From contig NC_043013.1 of the NCBI RefSeq assembly GCF_006345805.1, positions 51,770,001 through 51,834,000 on the forward strand: a stretch of 64,000 nucleotides of DNA, written 5' to 3'. Below, in pieces: positions 1 to 12,051 of this stretch. Origin of the DNA: Octopus sinensis (taxonomy: Eukaryota). Position numbers and translations under genes: made by a program. The first letter of the stretch is position 1. Every line of letters starts with the position of its first letter. The notes beneath the pieces were generated by a model. That model was not told the DNA's origin. It saw only the letters and a program-made list of their open reading frames with translations, and searched no databases.

Positions 1-16
1 CTGAGGTATCGGTGGG

Positions 17-255
17 TGGAAGTGCTTGGCTTAGTGTTAAGGGTGTTGAACTCCTGATCGTAAGGTTGTAGTTTCGATTCCTGGACCGGGCGATGCATTG
101 TGTTCTTGGGCAAAACACTTCATTTTCACGTTGCTCCAGTCCACTCAGCTGGCAAAAATGAGTAATCCTGGGACGAACCGGCATCCCGTCCAGGTGGGGA
201 ATTTCTACACCACTGAAATTGGGAAACTGGCCCTTATGAGCCTGGCATGGCTTGA
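17..255 (+). mobile_element. tRNA-derived SINE (family D, degenerate; boundaries approximate)
   Basis: A/B-box-like head (gtttcgattcc) followed by ttgtgttcttgggcaaaacactt, homologous to 41685-42015 and 60575-60840. Confidence 0.65.
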
Positions 256-403
256 GAAGGAACATTTATTTTTTTTTTTTAAGGTTTGGTGGAAGATTTT
301 AATTCAGGACTTTTGAAAACAAGACCTTTGTACTACAGAGCCGGAAGCGGTCTCAGTCAGGTTGGTATCAAAAGGGTTAAGAATTGTTTCTCTATTATAT
401 ATT

Positions 404-633
404 TTAACCCTTTTGTTACCATATTTTTGTTGAGATGCTCTGTATTTCTTTCAATTAATTTTAAATATAACATAGAATTTAGTAAAATAACTTAGTCACT
501 GTTTATGTTCCTAACACAAGCTTATTGATAACTAAGGATTGGTGGAAGACTTTTATTCAGAACTTTTGAAAACAAGACATTTGTTCTACAGAGCCAGAGG
601 CAGTTTCAACCAGGTTGGTATCAAAAGGGTTAA
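404..633. mobile_element. piggyBac-type MITE
   Basis: TTAA at 404-407 and 630-633; TIRs cccttttgttacc / ggtatcaaaaggg; partial copy at 285-380, other copies at about 33709-33932 and 55040-55280. Confidence 0.75.
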
Positions 634-1389
634 TTGTATTCGTCATCTTTCCGAATCTAATGAAACAAAGTACCAGTCATGTACTGGGGTCTTTTCAATC
701 AGTTATACCCTGCTACTACTATTACTGCTACAAATACCCCTCCTCCACTCCTCTTTCTCCTCCTACAATTACAAACTCCCCCTCTTACTATCACTAACTG
801 ACTCTACTTCCTCACCCTCCCCACCTACTAATAATCATTACTTAATTTGTGTATATACAAATTAATTTCATAAAATATTTTTATTTCAAATTAAAACCAT
901 TTTTTTTCAAATTTATTTCAGTTTTTTTTATTCATATTTCTTTTTATCATATATGAGGTGAGCAATAATTCCTGCTGAGTAATTATCTAAACGAATCTTT
1001 TCATTATTGTGTGCATGTGGGGGAAGGAGAAGTATGTGTGCATGTGCATGAGTATGTAGAATATGTATGTGTGTGTGGGAGTATATGTGTGTGTGTGTGT
1101 GTTGCAGTTTCTGTGTGAATTTATTTTATTTTGTTGGGTTTTTTTTTTTTAAACATTTTTATAAAATTCAATTTTCCATGATGTAAAACTTAAATTTTGC
1201 TTAAAATATGCGCACCTGTTCTTCATGTATTTTGCTTAAATATCACCAAATGAAATGAAATATCAGTTAATATTCAGCTGGGTTCATCATCATCTTTGTC
1301 ACTATAATGATTTTCATCATTTTCATCTTTCACCATCATCATTATCAGCATTATCACACGTTCATGTACAAGTGGCTTTTTTTAGTTTC

Positions 1390-1625
1390 TTATTTCTTTA
1401 TTACCCACAAGGGGCTAAACATAGAGGGGACAAACAAGGACAGACAAAGGGATTAAGTCGATTATATCAACCCCAGTGCGTAACTGGTACTTAATTTATC
1501 AACCCCGAAAGGATGAAAGGCAAAGTGGACCTCGGTGGAATTTGAACTCAGAATGTAGTGGCAGACGAAATACCGCTAAGCATTTTGCCCAGCGTGCTAA
1601 CGTTTCTGCCCGCTCACTGCCTTAA
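1390..1625 (-). mobile_element. tRNA-derived SINE family A
   Basis: reverse complement of the aaggcagtgagc..gagttcaaattcc..ggggtcgata..aaagaaata consensus seen throughout the window. Confidence 0.85.
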
Positions 1626-2895
1626 ATACCTATTTCTTTACTACCAACAAGGGGCTAAACACAGAAAGGACAAACAATGACAGACAAACGGCATGCTATC
1701 GTTTCTGCCAGCTTGCCGCCTTTCAGCTTGCTGCTGCTTTTTTTAGTTTCTACTTACCAAATTCTCACATGGTTTTGATCTGGGCTGGGCTGAGGTAGAA
1801 GACTCTTGCCCAAGGTGCCATCACATGGGACTGAACTCAAAAACACATAGCTGCTAAGCAAACTTCTTAACCAAACACATATATCATAGAAAGCAATTAA
1901 ATTCAGTGGAATGTTTTACAACTCTATAAATAGTTTCTTAATCTGTGTAAATAAAATTCTATACAATATAATTTTATAAAATGCGGTTTTAAATTCATCT
2001 CGTTTTCTTCAATTTATGTAATTATCAAATTCATCTCAATTTATATAATTAATGTATCAGGCAGGTGATGTTAGCAAGAGATTCCTTTTATATGGAGATA
2101 TTTAAATAACATTTGAATAATTTTACACATTGCAGAATTCGCCTGCAATTAAAGTTATTTTGAAATAAAAATACAAAAATTCTTTCATAAATATATAAGA
2201 AAGAACCTTTTTGATCTATGTTCAAAACACCTCATTTATATGCCTGTTACATGCAAGAAATGCAGTATTAGGTTAAAATAGCCATCTATGTATCATACTC
2301 AATTTGTATACATTATGGAAAACCACATTAACTGTGTTAGTCATCCACACTATCTTATATGGACATGGACACACACACTTATATTTCGTATATAGCAGGT
2401 GCCTACAAGTGTACTCATAAAATCTCCTATACTCCTTGCTGCTGGCTAACGAATATTATTCCCAACCTGCTGAGTCAAATTAACGAACTCCTCTAGGGTC
2501 CTTGGATATTATGAATAATATTTAATAATATCCTGTGGATGTGGTGAGGTAGTCCCATAAAAACAGATGTAGCAATGTATTAATAAAAATATTAAAATCT
2601 CCATCCATGAAATATTTCCTATTATATTAATAACATAAATGAATAGGGATTTGGAATCCAGGCAGGTACCTTATAAGCACGGATATAATCCAGATCTGGC
2701 TAACCACATTGAATTATAGGGAACATACAGTATTGTTTAAGATAGACAATTACACAGTACTTCATTCGATAGGTATATCCTGAGTTTGCTTCAAATGAAT
2801 CTCATTGAACATACAGACTATATAACCAAGACATCATAGTACTATAACAAACAAGTTTTAAAGCTGTATACTTATTCATACTTCTTTACAAGGTC

Positions 2896-2896
<1 letters not shown>

Positions 2897-2933
<37 letters not shown>

Positions 2934-3250
2934 GAAAAAAACACCTTTATATCAATTCAAAATGATATATATATATATATATCATATTGTGTGAAATTTG
3001 ATTTAGTATTTCTAAATTGAAATTTTTTCCCTGTAAGTTTGAATTAATACTCCCTCAAATAATTATTATATATATATATATAATATATATATATAAAATT
3101 AGAAAAAAACACCTTTATATCAATTCAAAATGATATATATATATATATATCATATTGTGTGAAATTTGATTTAGTATTTCTAAATTGAAATTTTTTCCCT
3201 GTAAGTTTGAATTAATACTCCCTCAAATAATTATTATATATATATATATA
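2897..3250. repeat. tandem duplication of a ~175-bp AT-rich unit (two copies separated by TA runs)
   Basis: aaaattagaaaaaaacacctttatatc...ctccctcaaataattatta occurs twice. Confidence 0.85.
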
Positions 3251-3255
3251 TATCT

Positions 3256-3560
3256 AACAATTGCAGCATGGAAGGTGTTTATAAGCCATTTAAGAAACAC
3301 ACAAAACTGTTAGATTCACTTCAACATTTAAATTTAATTTGTCAAAATATTTTCGTCACTTTGAGACCGCAACCTGTTCACTCACAAAGCTTCGAAGTGA
3401 TGAAAATATTTTGACAAATAAATTTAAATGTTGAAGTGAATCTAACGGTTTTGTGTGTTTCTTAAATGGCTTATAAACACCTTCCACGCTACAATTGTTT
3501 TCGTTCCAGCACATGATCTCAGATCAAGTCACTCGCTATGCAAGTACATCTCCGTAATAT
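3256..3560. mobile_element. fold-back element with ~105-bp arms (3256-3362 / 3395-3499) plus conserved tail; deletion derivative at about 49710-49850
   Basis: arms are reverse complements with few mismatches; tail gatctcagatcaagtcactcgctatgcaagtacatctcc recurs at 49810. Confidence 0.75.
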
Positions 3561-3884
3561 ATATATATATATATATATATATCAAAAGGATGTGTTATAA
3601 TACTTACCAACACTCTAACATACCTCCATCATTAGCTGCTCCACGGGTATCATTATGGTTTCGACACCTAGGCAGTACAATTCGATCCAGCAGTGTCAAC
3701 AGCATTAAAATAAGTGTTATTTGGGAACTAACAAACGCACAAACAAACCATAACTTTCAAGCACACACACATATATATAAAGACCTCATAAAAAAAGGAG
3801 AGAGAGAGTATGAACCAGCTGTGTAATATACTTGCAAAATGTCAAATTAGCTGCAATTTTCTTGTCCAACAGTGGCTGGTGTAG

Positions 3885-3929
3885 ATGTTAGATGGGCATT
3901 TCTGCCTATATGGGCTTCATCAGTAGCAT
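3885..3929 (-). ncRNA. degenerate hammerhead-like motif
   Basis: minus strand AUGCUA-CUGAUGA-AGCCCAUAUAGGCA-GAAA-UGCCCA-UC/UAACAU; one stem I mismatch and irregular stem II closure. Confidence 0.4.
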
Positions 3930-4217
3930 GTACTTACTGGAAACTGTTTACTAAGGCAAAATCTGTTGCCACTGATATAAGAAAACAGTGATTGAAAAAT
4001 CACTGATGTTGCAATTAGTTGCCTGGCTGAATAAAAATCTGTTATATGCAACTGAAGTAGTCATTATCATCATCATTATTTTATCGTCCACTTTTCCATG
4101 CTTGTGTGGGACTGATGGAGTTAACTTTGGTAGATTTCTGTGGGTGGAACCCTTACTGTTGTCACCAAATTTTACCTGTATCCAAGCAAGGTAATATTTC
4201 CCCCATGACCAGACATG

Positions 4218-4410
4218 TTTTCTTATTTCTTTATTGCCCACAAGGGGCTAAACATAGAGGGGACAAAGGGATTAAGTCGATCTCATCGACCCCAGTGCGT
4301 AACTGGTACTTATTCAATAGACCCCGAAAGGATTAAAGGCAAAGTGGATCTCGGTGGAATTTGAACTCAGAACATAACGGCAGATGAAATACTGCTAAAC
4401 ATTTCGCCCG
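4218..4410 (-). mobile_element. SINE family A
   Basis: matches the family A consensus in reverse. Confidence 0.8.
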
Positions 4411-4687
4411 ACATGTTTTCACAGAAATTTGGAAATGAGTGACCCTGCTTGTATGACAGTGACACTCATTTACAACTACTACAGTATGTCACCAGGAGGA
4501 CATATGCACAGTTACACTCATCATGATTTAACATCTGTTTTCCATGCTGGTATGGGTTGGACAGTTTGACAGGAGCTGGTGAGGCCAGGACCCAAACCAG
4601 GCTCCAGTTGTCTTTTGGAATGATTTCTACAGCTGGATGCCCTTCCTAGCACCAACCACTTTATAGAGTGTACTGGATGCGAGTGTA

Positions 4688-5105
4688 AGGCAGCGAGCTG
4701 GCAGAAATGTTAGCCCACCGGGTGAAATGCTTAGCGGTATTTCGTCTGCCGTTAGGTTCTGAGTTCAAATTCCGCCGAGATCGACTTTGCCTTTCATCCT
4801 TCTGGGTTCGATAAATTAAGTACCAGTTACACACTGGTGTTGATATAGTCGACTTAATCCATTTGTCTGTCCTTGTTTGTCCTCTCTGTGTTTAGCCCCT
4901 TGTGGGTAGTAAAGAAACAGGTATTTCGTCTGCCGTTAGGTTCTGAGTTCAAATTCCGCCGAGGTAGACTTTGCCTTTCATCCTTTTGGGGTCGATAAAT
5001 TAAGTACCAGTTACGCACTGGGGGCGATATAATCAACTTAACCTCTTTGTCTCTCCTTGTTTGTCCCCTCTACGTTTAGCCCCTTGTGGGCTATAAAGAA
5101 ATAAG
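4688..5105 (+). mobile_element. two tandem SINE family A copies
   Basis: full copy 4688-4915 then a 5'-truncated copy 4916-5105. Confidence 0.85.
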
Positions 5106-6492
5106 AGTATACTGGATGCTTCTTATATAAAAAGCTTTTTATGTAGCACCAACAACAATACTTTTTACATGGAACCAGCGCAGGTGCTTTTTATGTGGCA
5201 CCAGCTCCTATTCTTTTTATGTGGCACCAGCCCCAATGCTTTTCACATGGCACAACTTTTATCATACAATAATCATAATTAAATTTTGACCACACTTCTT
5301 GGTGTAGAGAAAGAAAAACCTTATCTTACTAAATGCTCTCGTATATAGAAAGGGTTCAGGACATCTCATTTGTAGCAGACATGTCTTGTATGTTTGGTTC
5401 CACTGTCTCTAAAATGGTGACATTGTCTTTTGTTGTTGTTGTTGTTTTTGGTGTCATTGCTTTATTCCTGTTGTTGTTGCTGTTTGCTCCTATTTGGGTT
5501 CTAGACACCTGATGACAGGGCACTGTTGTGACGTATGGTGTGTCTTGGGTACTTTTAGACTTGGCAGGACCCATCCCTCTCCTGTTCTGACCACCACTAC
5601 TTTCCTCCAGGAAGAGAGAGGTGGGGGCAGGAAGTGAGGGAAGGAGAGAGAGACGGACAAAAAGAAAAAAAGAGGAAGACAGACAGCAGTAGTTCAAGAG
5701 AGAGTGACACTCACACTCACTGAATGAGAAGGCAAGAGTGAGAGAGAGAGAGAGAAAGAATAAGACAAAATCAGACCCAAGTATTAAGACTGGTAGCTTA
5801 TTTATTGGCCCTGGGAGGCAAAGTCAACCACAGCAGGATTTGAACTTAGAGCTCAGGAAGTCAAAATAAATGCCAGAAGGCATTTTATCTGGCGCTCAAC
5901 TGACAACCATATGCTGATGTTACTATAATCTTCTCACCAAAGACTGGGTCTTTTGTATACATTTTGGTCCACATTGTGTTGGCAGCTATCAACATCTGTG
6001 AATTACCCCCAGAGAGGGGGGGGTCCTTCAATTTCAGTTTATGCCTCATTTGGTAAAAACATTTGTTTTGTATTTGTCTGTTGTTGTTAGTGTTTTTTGT
6101 TTTTTTTTGTTTTTTTCTTAAGGGGAGGGGATATTTTATTTTTGGTTTTTGATTGTATTTTTTTTTTTGTAATTTATCAAGACTGTGAAGACATTGTGCA
6201 AACGAGAGGTAAAAGAGGGAAGAATTGGTCGCACGCCCCCACACACACCTGTCTTCCTGGAAATTAAAAAGTGCGTGTGTGTGTGTGTGGAGGTGGGGAT
6301 GAAGGAATGGGAAGATTAGGGGGTAGATGATTTAGGAATGTATAGAGTGAGACTGAGGAATTGGTGTGGGGGCAGGGATTGTGAAAGTGGGGTGGGGAGC
6401 AGTTAAAGCTTGCAAAACTTCGGTAAGGAAGAAATTTGATATTACCTTAATGGCACACCCCTGACTCCCTCTTTCCCTGCTCCTCCACCTTT

Positions 6493-7621
6493 TTGTACAC
6501 ACACTCATACACACAAACACACATGCACCACCCGGTCAACATGCATACACACACATACATGTGCATGTACACACTCATATATATGTGGTTTTATTTATAT
6601 ATATATATATATATATATGTATCAGTGTATATTTGTGTGTGTGTATATATGTATATACATATATATATGTGTGTGTATATATGTATATACATCTATATAT
6701 GTATATGTGTGTGTGTGTATATATGTATATACATATATGTATGTGTGTGTGTATATATGTATATACATCTATATATGTATATGTGTGTGTGTGTATATAT
6801 GTATATACATATATATGTGTGTGTGTATATGTATATACATGTATATGTGTGTGTGTGTATATATGTATATACATATATATATGTGTGTGTGTATATGTAT
6901 ATACATGTATATGTGTGTGTGTGTATATGTATATACATGTATATGTGTGTGTGTGTATATATGTATATACATATATATATGTGTGTGTGTATATGTATAT
7001 ACATGTATATGTGTGTGTGTGTGTATATATGTATATACATATATATATGTGTGTGTATATGTATATACATGTATATGTGTGTGTGTGTATATATGTATGT
7101 ACATATATATATGTGTGTGTGTATATGTATATACATGTATATGTGTGTGTGTGTATATATGTATATACATATATATATGTGTGTGTATATGTATATACAT
7201 GTATATGTGTGTGTGTATATATGTATATACATATATATATGTGTGTGTGTATATGTATATACATGTATATGTGTGTGTGTGTATATGTATATACATGTAT
7301 ATGTATGTGTGTGTATATATGTATATACATATATGTGTGTGTGTATATATGTATATACATATATGTGTGTGTGTATATGTATATACATATTTATGTATAT
7401 GTGTGTGTGTATATATATGTATATACATATATATGTGTGTGTATATATATGTATACCTATATATATGTATGTGTGTGTATATATGTGTATACATATATAT
7501 GTACATGTGTGTATATATATGTGTATATATATATATATGTATATATATGTGTATGTGTGTGTGTATATATATGTGTATACATATATATATGTATATATAT
7601 GTGTGTGTGTATATGTATGTG

Positions 7622-7663
<42 letters not shown>

Positions 7664-7730
7664 TATGTGTGAGTGTGTGTGTATAAATATATATGTATAT
7701 ATATGTGTGTGCTTGTATATGTATATACCC
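6493..7730. repeat. compound (TA/TG/CA) microsatellite with ~25-30-nt higher-order unit
   Basis: reiterated atatgtatatacat(g/a)tatatgtgtgtgtgt; source of the long spurious Y/I/C/V/M ORFs. Confidence 0.95.
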
Positions 7731-8124
7731 CTTAAATTACACCCTTCTTAAACAGGAAACAGCACATATGATAATGCAGTCCAAAATATACTATGACCAA
7801 AAATAAGACAGGATAGTCGTGGCTGGAATACTAATGATCACAGATCACAAGGATTAGGTAAGTCCTAGGGTTAAACAATAACAGCACTAACAAAGCACAC
7901 ACTACACCACATAAACCGTACACCACCTCGTACTATGTGCTATACCATGTATACTATGCAATGAGCATGCTCAGCACCCCACATCAGACATACTCCACCC
8001 CCCACCTCACAACTGCCCTTCCACCGTCTCCTGAACAGACCCCTTCTCTCATGGGTAGGGACCAGTTTTACTGTCTTGTTAATGGCATCTTAAATGGGTT
8101 TTAAATATTTGTTGATGCCTGCCT

Positions 8125-8253
8125 TGTCTTCACCTGCATATACATATATATACACACATATATATATACACATATATATATACATTCATATGTACACATA
8201 TATATACACATATATATACATATATATACATATATATATGCATATATATATAC

Positions 8254-8284
<31 letters not shown>

Positions 8285-8400
8285 TATATATACACATACA
8301 TACATATATATATACACATATATATATACATATATACACATATATATACATATATACACACACACACATACACGCATATATATATATATGCATTTATGTG
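8125..8400. repeat. compound TA/CA microsatellite
   Basis: direct reading. Confidence 0.9.
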
Positions 8401-8529
8401 TACACACATGCACATATATAATTACCTGTATATTATACATATAGTCTTACAAGTACATAAACAATTAGCTACATACACTGAATCATGTGTGTGAGTGTGT
8501 GTCATGTGTTTGAGTGCATCTGTGTGTGC

Positions 8530-8577
<48 letters not shown>

Positions 8578-8872
8578 ATACATACATGCACACCCAGGCA
8601 AACATATATACACCCACAAACACATAAATACTTCAAGATGTTGCATTTAGAATTGGCAAGAGCTTTCTGTAAACAGATTAATTTGACTTTGTGTGTGTAT
8701 ACAGTTGTGTATGTATGTATGTATACACTGTAGTGAATATTAAGTAGTGTGTGCTTGTGCCATTTTGTAAGTATGTGTATGTGCCTATATAATTGTGTTT
8801 TTAACTATATATATGATAGACTAGCTGTCATATATATCTACCACACACACACACATACATGTGTGCATGTAT

Positions 8873-8918
<46 letters not shown>

Positions 8919-9227
8919 CAAAATAATAAATAAAACATATGCATATATACATACATATATGTACATACCTACATCTATATGTATATATACATGCATATAT
9001 GGGTACAGGACACCAAAAAAACGTAGAACACAATGAGAAACAAAAACATAAAAACAAAAATATGGAAACGGACTTTTTTCAAACAACGGAAAAACAGATT
9101 ACAAGAATATATATATATATATATATTTATCATCATCATCATTGTTTAACATCCGTTTTCCATGCTAGCATGGGTTGGATGGTAAGACAGGAGCTGGTTT
9201 GTACGGCTAGATGCCCTTCCTGCATAT

Positions 9228-9273
<46 letters not shown>

Positions 9274-9299
9274 GCACACATATATATTTGCATGTGTGT

Positions 9300-9700
9300 G
9301 TATTTTGCTTGTTTCAGTCATTTGGCTGTGGCCATGCTGGAGCAACATCTTTAGTCGAACAAATCAACCCTAGGACTTAGTAAGCCTATTACTTATTCTA
9401 TCGAACTCTTTTATTGAACTGCTAAGTTACGGGGACGTGAACACACCAGCATCGGTTGTCAAGCGATGGTAGGGGGGACACAGACACACAAATGCATACA
9501 TATATATATATATATTTGTACTTATGCATAAGATTGGCTTATTTCAGTTTCTGTCTACCAAATCCACTCACAAGGCTTTGGTCAGCCCAAGGCTATAGAA
9601 GAAGACACTTGCCTAAGGTACCACGCAGTGGGACTGAAGCCAGAACCATGTGGCAGGCTTCTTACCACACACCCTCTCCTGCACTTATATACCATACAAC
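9300..9700 (-). mobile_element. tRNA-derived SINE family B (CCTTGGGCAAGT core, internal TA/TG tract)
   Basis: reverse complement of the family B consensus. Confidence 0.8.
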
Positions 9701-9719
9701 CACTTCTGTGCCTATATAT

Positions 9720-9990
9720 ATATATATGCACAGGTGCCAGACGAAATCGGCCACGATCGGGTGGCACGTAAAAAGCACCATCTGATCGTGGCCGTTTGCC
9801 AGCCTCGTCTGGCACATAAAAAGCACCCACTACACTCACGGAGTGGTTGGCATTAGGAAGGGCATCCAGCTGTAGAAACATTGCCAGATCAGACTGGGCC
9901 TGGTGCAGCCTTCTGGCTTCCCAGAGCCCAGTTAAACTGTCCAACCCATGCTAGCATGGAAAGCAGACACTAAACGATGATGATGATGAT
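9720..9990. mobile_element. RTE-related short repeat family C with (GAT)n tail
   Basis: gggcatccagctgtagaaac and ccaacccatgctagcatgg blocks shared with about 10 other copies. Confidence 0.8.
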
Positions 9991-9992
9991 AT

Positions 9993-10254
9993 ACAAAATT
10001 CTATAATTATGAGCATAATTATAATTAAGGTTCAGCAAAATTTGTCTCACCACATACTGAAATTTAGAAATAGCAGTTAAAATACTATATCTCCCAGACA
10101 GCAATACTTAGCAACTCATGTAGTATTGCTGTCTAGGAGATATCTAATGGTAGTAGAATAGTATTTTAACTGCTGTTCCTAAATTTCGGTATGTGGTGCG
10201 GCAAATTTTGCTGAACTCTAATTATAAGTATGCTCATAATTATAGAGTTTTTGT
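9993..10254. mobile_element. fully palindromic MITE-like element (~260 bp)
   Basis: nested arm pairs acaaaattctataattatgagcata / tatgctcataattatagagtttttgt, ttcagcaaaatttg / caaattttgctgaa, gcagttaaaatacta / tagtattttaactgc. Confidence 0.75.
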
Positions 10255-10340
10255 GTACATATATATATATATATATATAAAATGTGACCTCGTGTGTACT
10301 GTTGGCGATTTTTTTTCCTCTGGATCTTTCCTTCTCCTAT

Positions 10341-10375
10341 GTTTCCAACGAAGAGCTCCGCTCGAAACATTAAAC
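10341..10375 (+). ncRNA. core-mutated hammerhead relic
   Basis: GUUU-CCAACGA-A-GAGC(ucc)GCUC-GAAA-CAUU/AAAC; stems I and II intact but CUGA reads CCAA. Confidence 0.3.
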
Positions 10376-10472
10376 CCTTCTTCTTTCCTTTTTTCTTGAG
10401 CATCCAATAATACTATATTTGTTTCACGTCCTCGCGTTGTTGTGTTTTTTTTGTGTTTTCTTGTTTGGATTA

Positions 10473-10513
<41 letters not shown>

Positions 10514-10608
10514 CACATATATACAAATAATGTGTGTATAGTTCTATATTTAAGAGATGAGGAATTATTTACATTCGATGGATATTTGTCCTTATCTTGT
10601 TAGTTGTT

Positions 10609-10654
10609 AACACAACGTTTCGGCTGATATACCCTCCAGCCTTCATCAGGTGTC
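10609..10654 (-). ncRNA. minimal type I hammerhead motif of Penelope-like style, antisense to the host gene
   Basis: minus strand GACAC-CUGAUGA-A-GGCUG(10 nt)CAGCC-GAAA-CG-UU/GUGUU: 5-bp stems I and II, ACGU palindrome as stem III. Confidence 0.65.
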
Positions 10655-10939
10655 TTGGGGAAATTTCAAACCTGGATTCTCATTCCTAAGATATTTTTTG
10701 ATGTTGTTATTATTATTATTATAGTTCAGGTCACTGCTTGGAATCAAACTCAGAATTTTGGAGTTAGTAGCCCGTGCTCTTAACCACTATGCCATATGGT
10801 GTAGTGGTTAAGAGCACGAGATGTTTAAATTTTCTTTTTACAATGAAAATAGTTCCAAAGTCACAAACGGTAATTGAATGCTCTTCTCATCCATTGTCCA
10901 GTTAAATTGTCAGCTAACAGATTCCTGTTTCTATTCCAG

Positions 10940-11044
10940 CCATCAGCCAGGGCCAATTGTCTGCTGAGGAAAGTCTTTGACCATGTCAATCTATTAGAAA
11001 GGGACTACTTTGGTTTGAGATTCCTGGATCAGAATAACCAATCG
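10940..11044 (+). CDS. EPB41L4A: FERM N-lobe exon, PSARANCLLRKVFDHVNLLERDYFGLRFLDQNNQS (phase 0-0)
   Basis: ttccag acceptor, gtaact donor, 105 nt, DYFGLR FERM motif. Confidence 0.93.
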
Positions 11045-11067
11045 GTAACTATTTAACAGCTCCATCT

Positions 11068-11295
11068 TTAATCATCATCATCATTCTCATCATAAACTTT
11101 GTTGTTGCCATTGTCATTATCACCATCTTGACCATCATCATCTATGTTCTCGTCATCATCATCGCCATCAACATTATCATAACCAACCATTATCATCACC
11201 ATTATCACCATCATCATTATCATCACCATTTTTGTTGTCATCGTCACCACTATCATTACCACCACCATCATCATCATCATCATCATCACCAACAT
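11068..11295. repeat. (CAT/CAC)n trinucleotide low-complexity tract
   Basis: direct reading; begins 24 nt after the donor at 11044. Confidence 0.9.
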
Positions 11296-12051
11296 CGCCT
11301 TACTGGCACCTGTGCCGGTGGCATGTGTAAAAAGATTCAAGCACGGTCATTGCTAGTACCGCCTGACTGGCCCCCGTGCCGGTGGCACGGAAGGACATCC
11401 AGCTGTGGAAACTCTGCCAAATCAAGATTGAAGCCTGGTGCAACCATCTGGTTCGCCAGCCCTCAGTCAAAATCGTCCAACCCATGCTAGCATGGAAAGC
11501 AGATGTTAAACGATGATGATGATAATCATCATCATCTGAGTAGGTGATCTCAAGAGCCCTGAGATAAAGCAAGAAGCCTCTAATCTTGACGGTCTTGACT
11601 GAAATGGCAGTGCCTTGCTGGAAATGGGTTAAGTCCAAGGGCTTCAACACTGGACACAGCATCTATGATGACCAAGAATTGAACTTCTTGCCTTCCTTCT
11701 TTCCTTTTCCCTTTTTTAACTTTGTGGCAGAAGTGGTATTGACTGTGATGATGGTTATGTTGGGGGTGGGAGAGATGCTGGTGTTGATGGCAGTGACATT
11801 ACTTCAAGTAATGGTGGTGGTGGGGGAGAAGCCCTGTTTGTTTATGTTACCCAAATCCATCATGACCCACACCCACCTCTCCTTTGCTGCTACTTACTAC
11901 ATCTTGTGGTACCTTCTTACAGCTTTATAGACTGGGTTATTTTCCTTCATCAGCACAGAATAATTGTTCAGGCTAGAGGTGGCGCTGCCAAATTCCCGTT
12001 CGAAATATATAGTTTTCAAAGTGACAACTAGTCACTGATTTATAAATTTAA

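Noticed and set aside
5380-5512. Plus-strand MSCMFGSTVSKMVTL.. as the missing first exon
   Set aside because: No CxVxLLD FERM start, hydrophobic run comes from (GTT)n, and it ends in a stop without a usable donor.
5503-5550. gacacCTGATGA resembling a hammerhead 5' half
   Set aside because: No GAAA or stem II/III downstream.
6493-7751. Long ORFs of 231-397 aa on both strands
   Set aside because: They are translations of TA/TG/CA microsatellite (Y, I, C, V, M, H, T only); no protein signal.
11068-11490. Poly-His and poly-Met/Asp ORFs
   Set aside because: (CAT)n tract plus RTE-related repeat inside an intron; no splice support.
11941-11960. Isolated CTGATGA/CTGAAGA matches (also about 15318, 26767, 35243, 43745, 47896, 48259)
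   Set aside because: None has a closing stem II followed by GAAA and a paired stem I.
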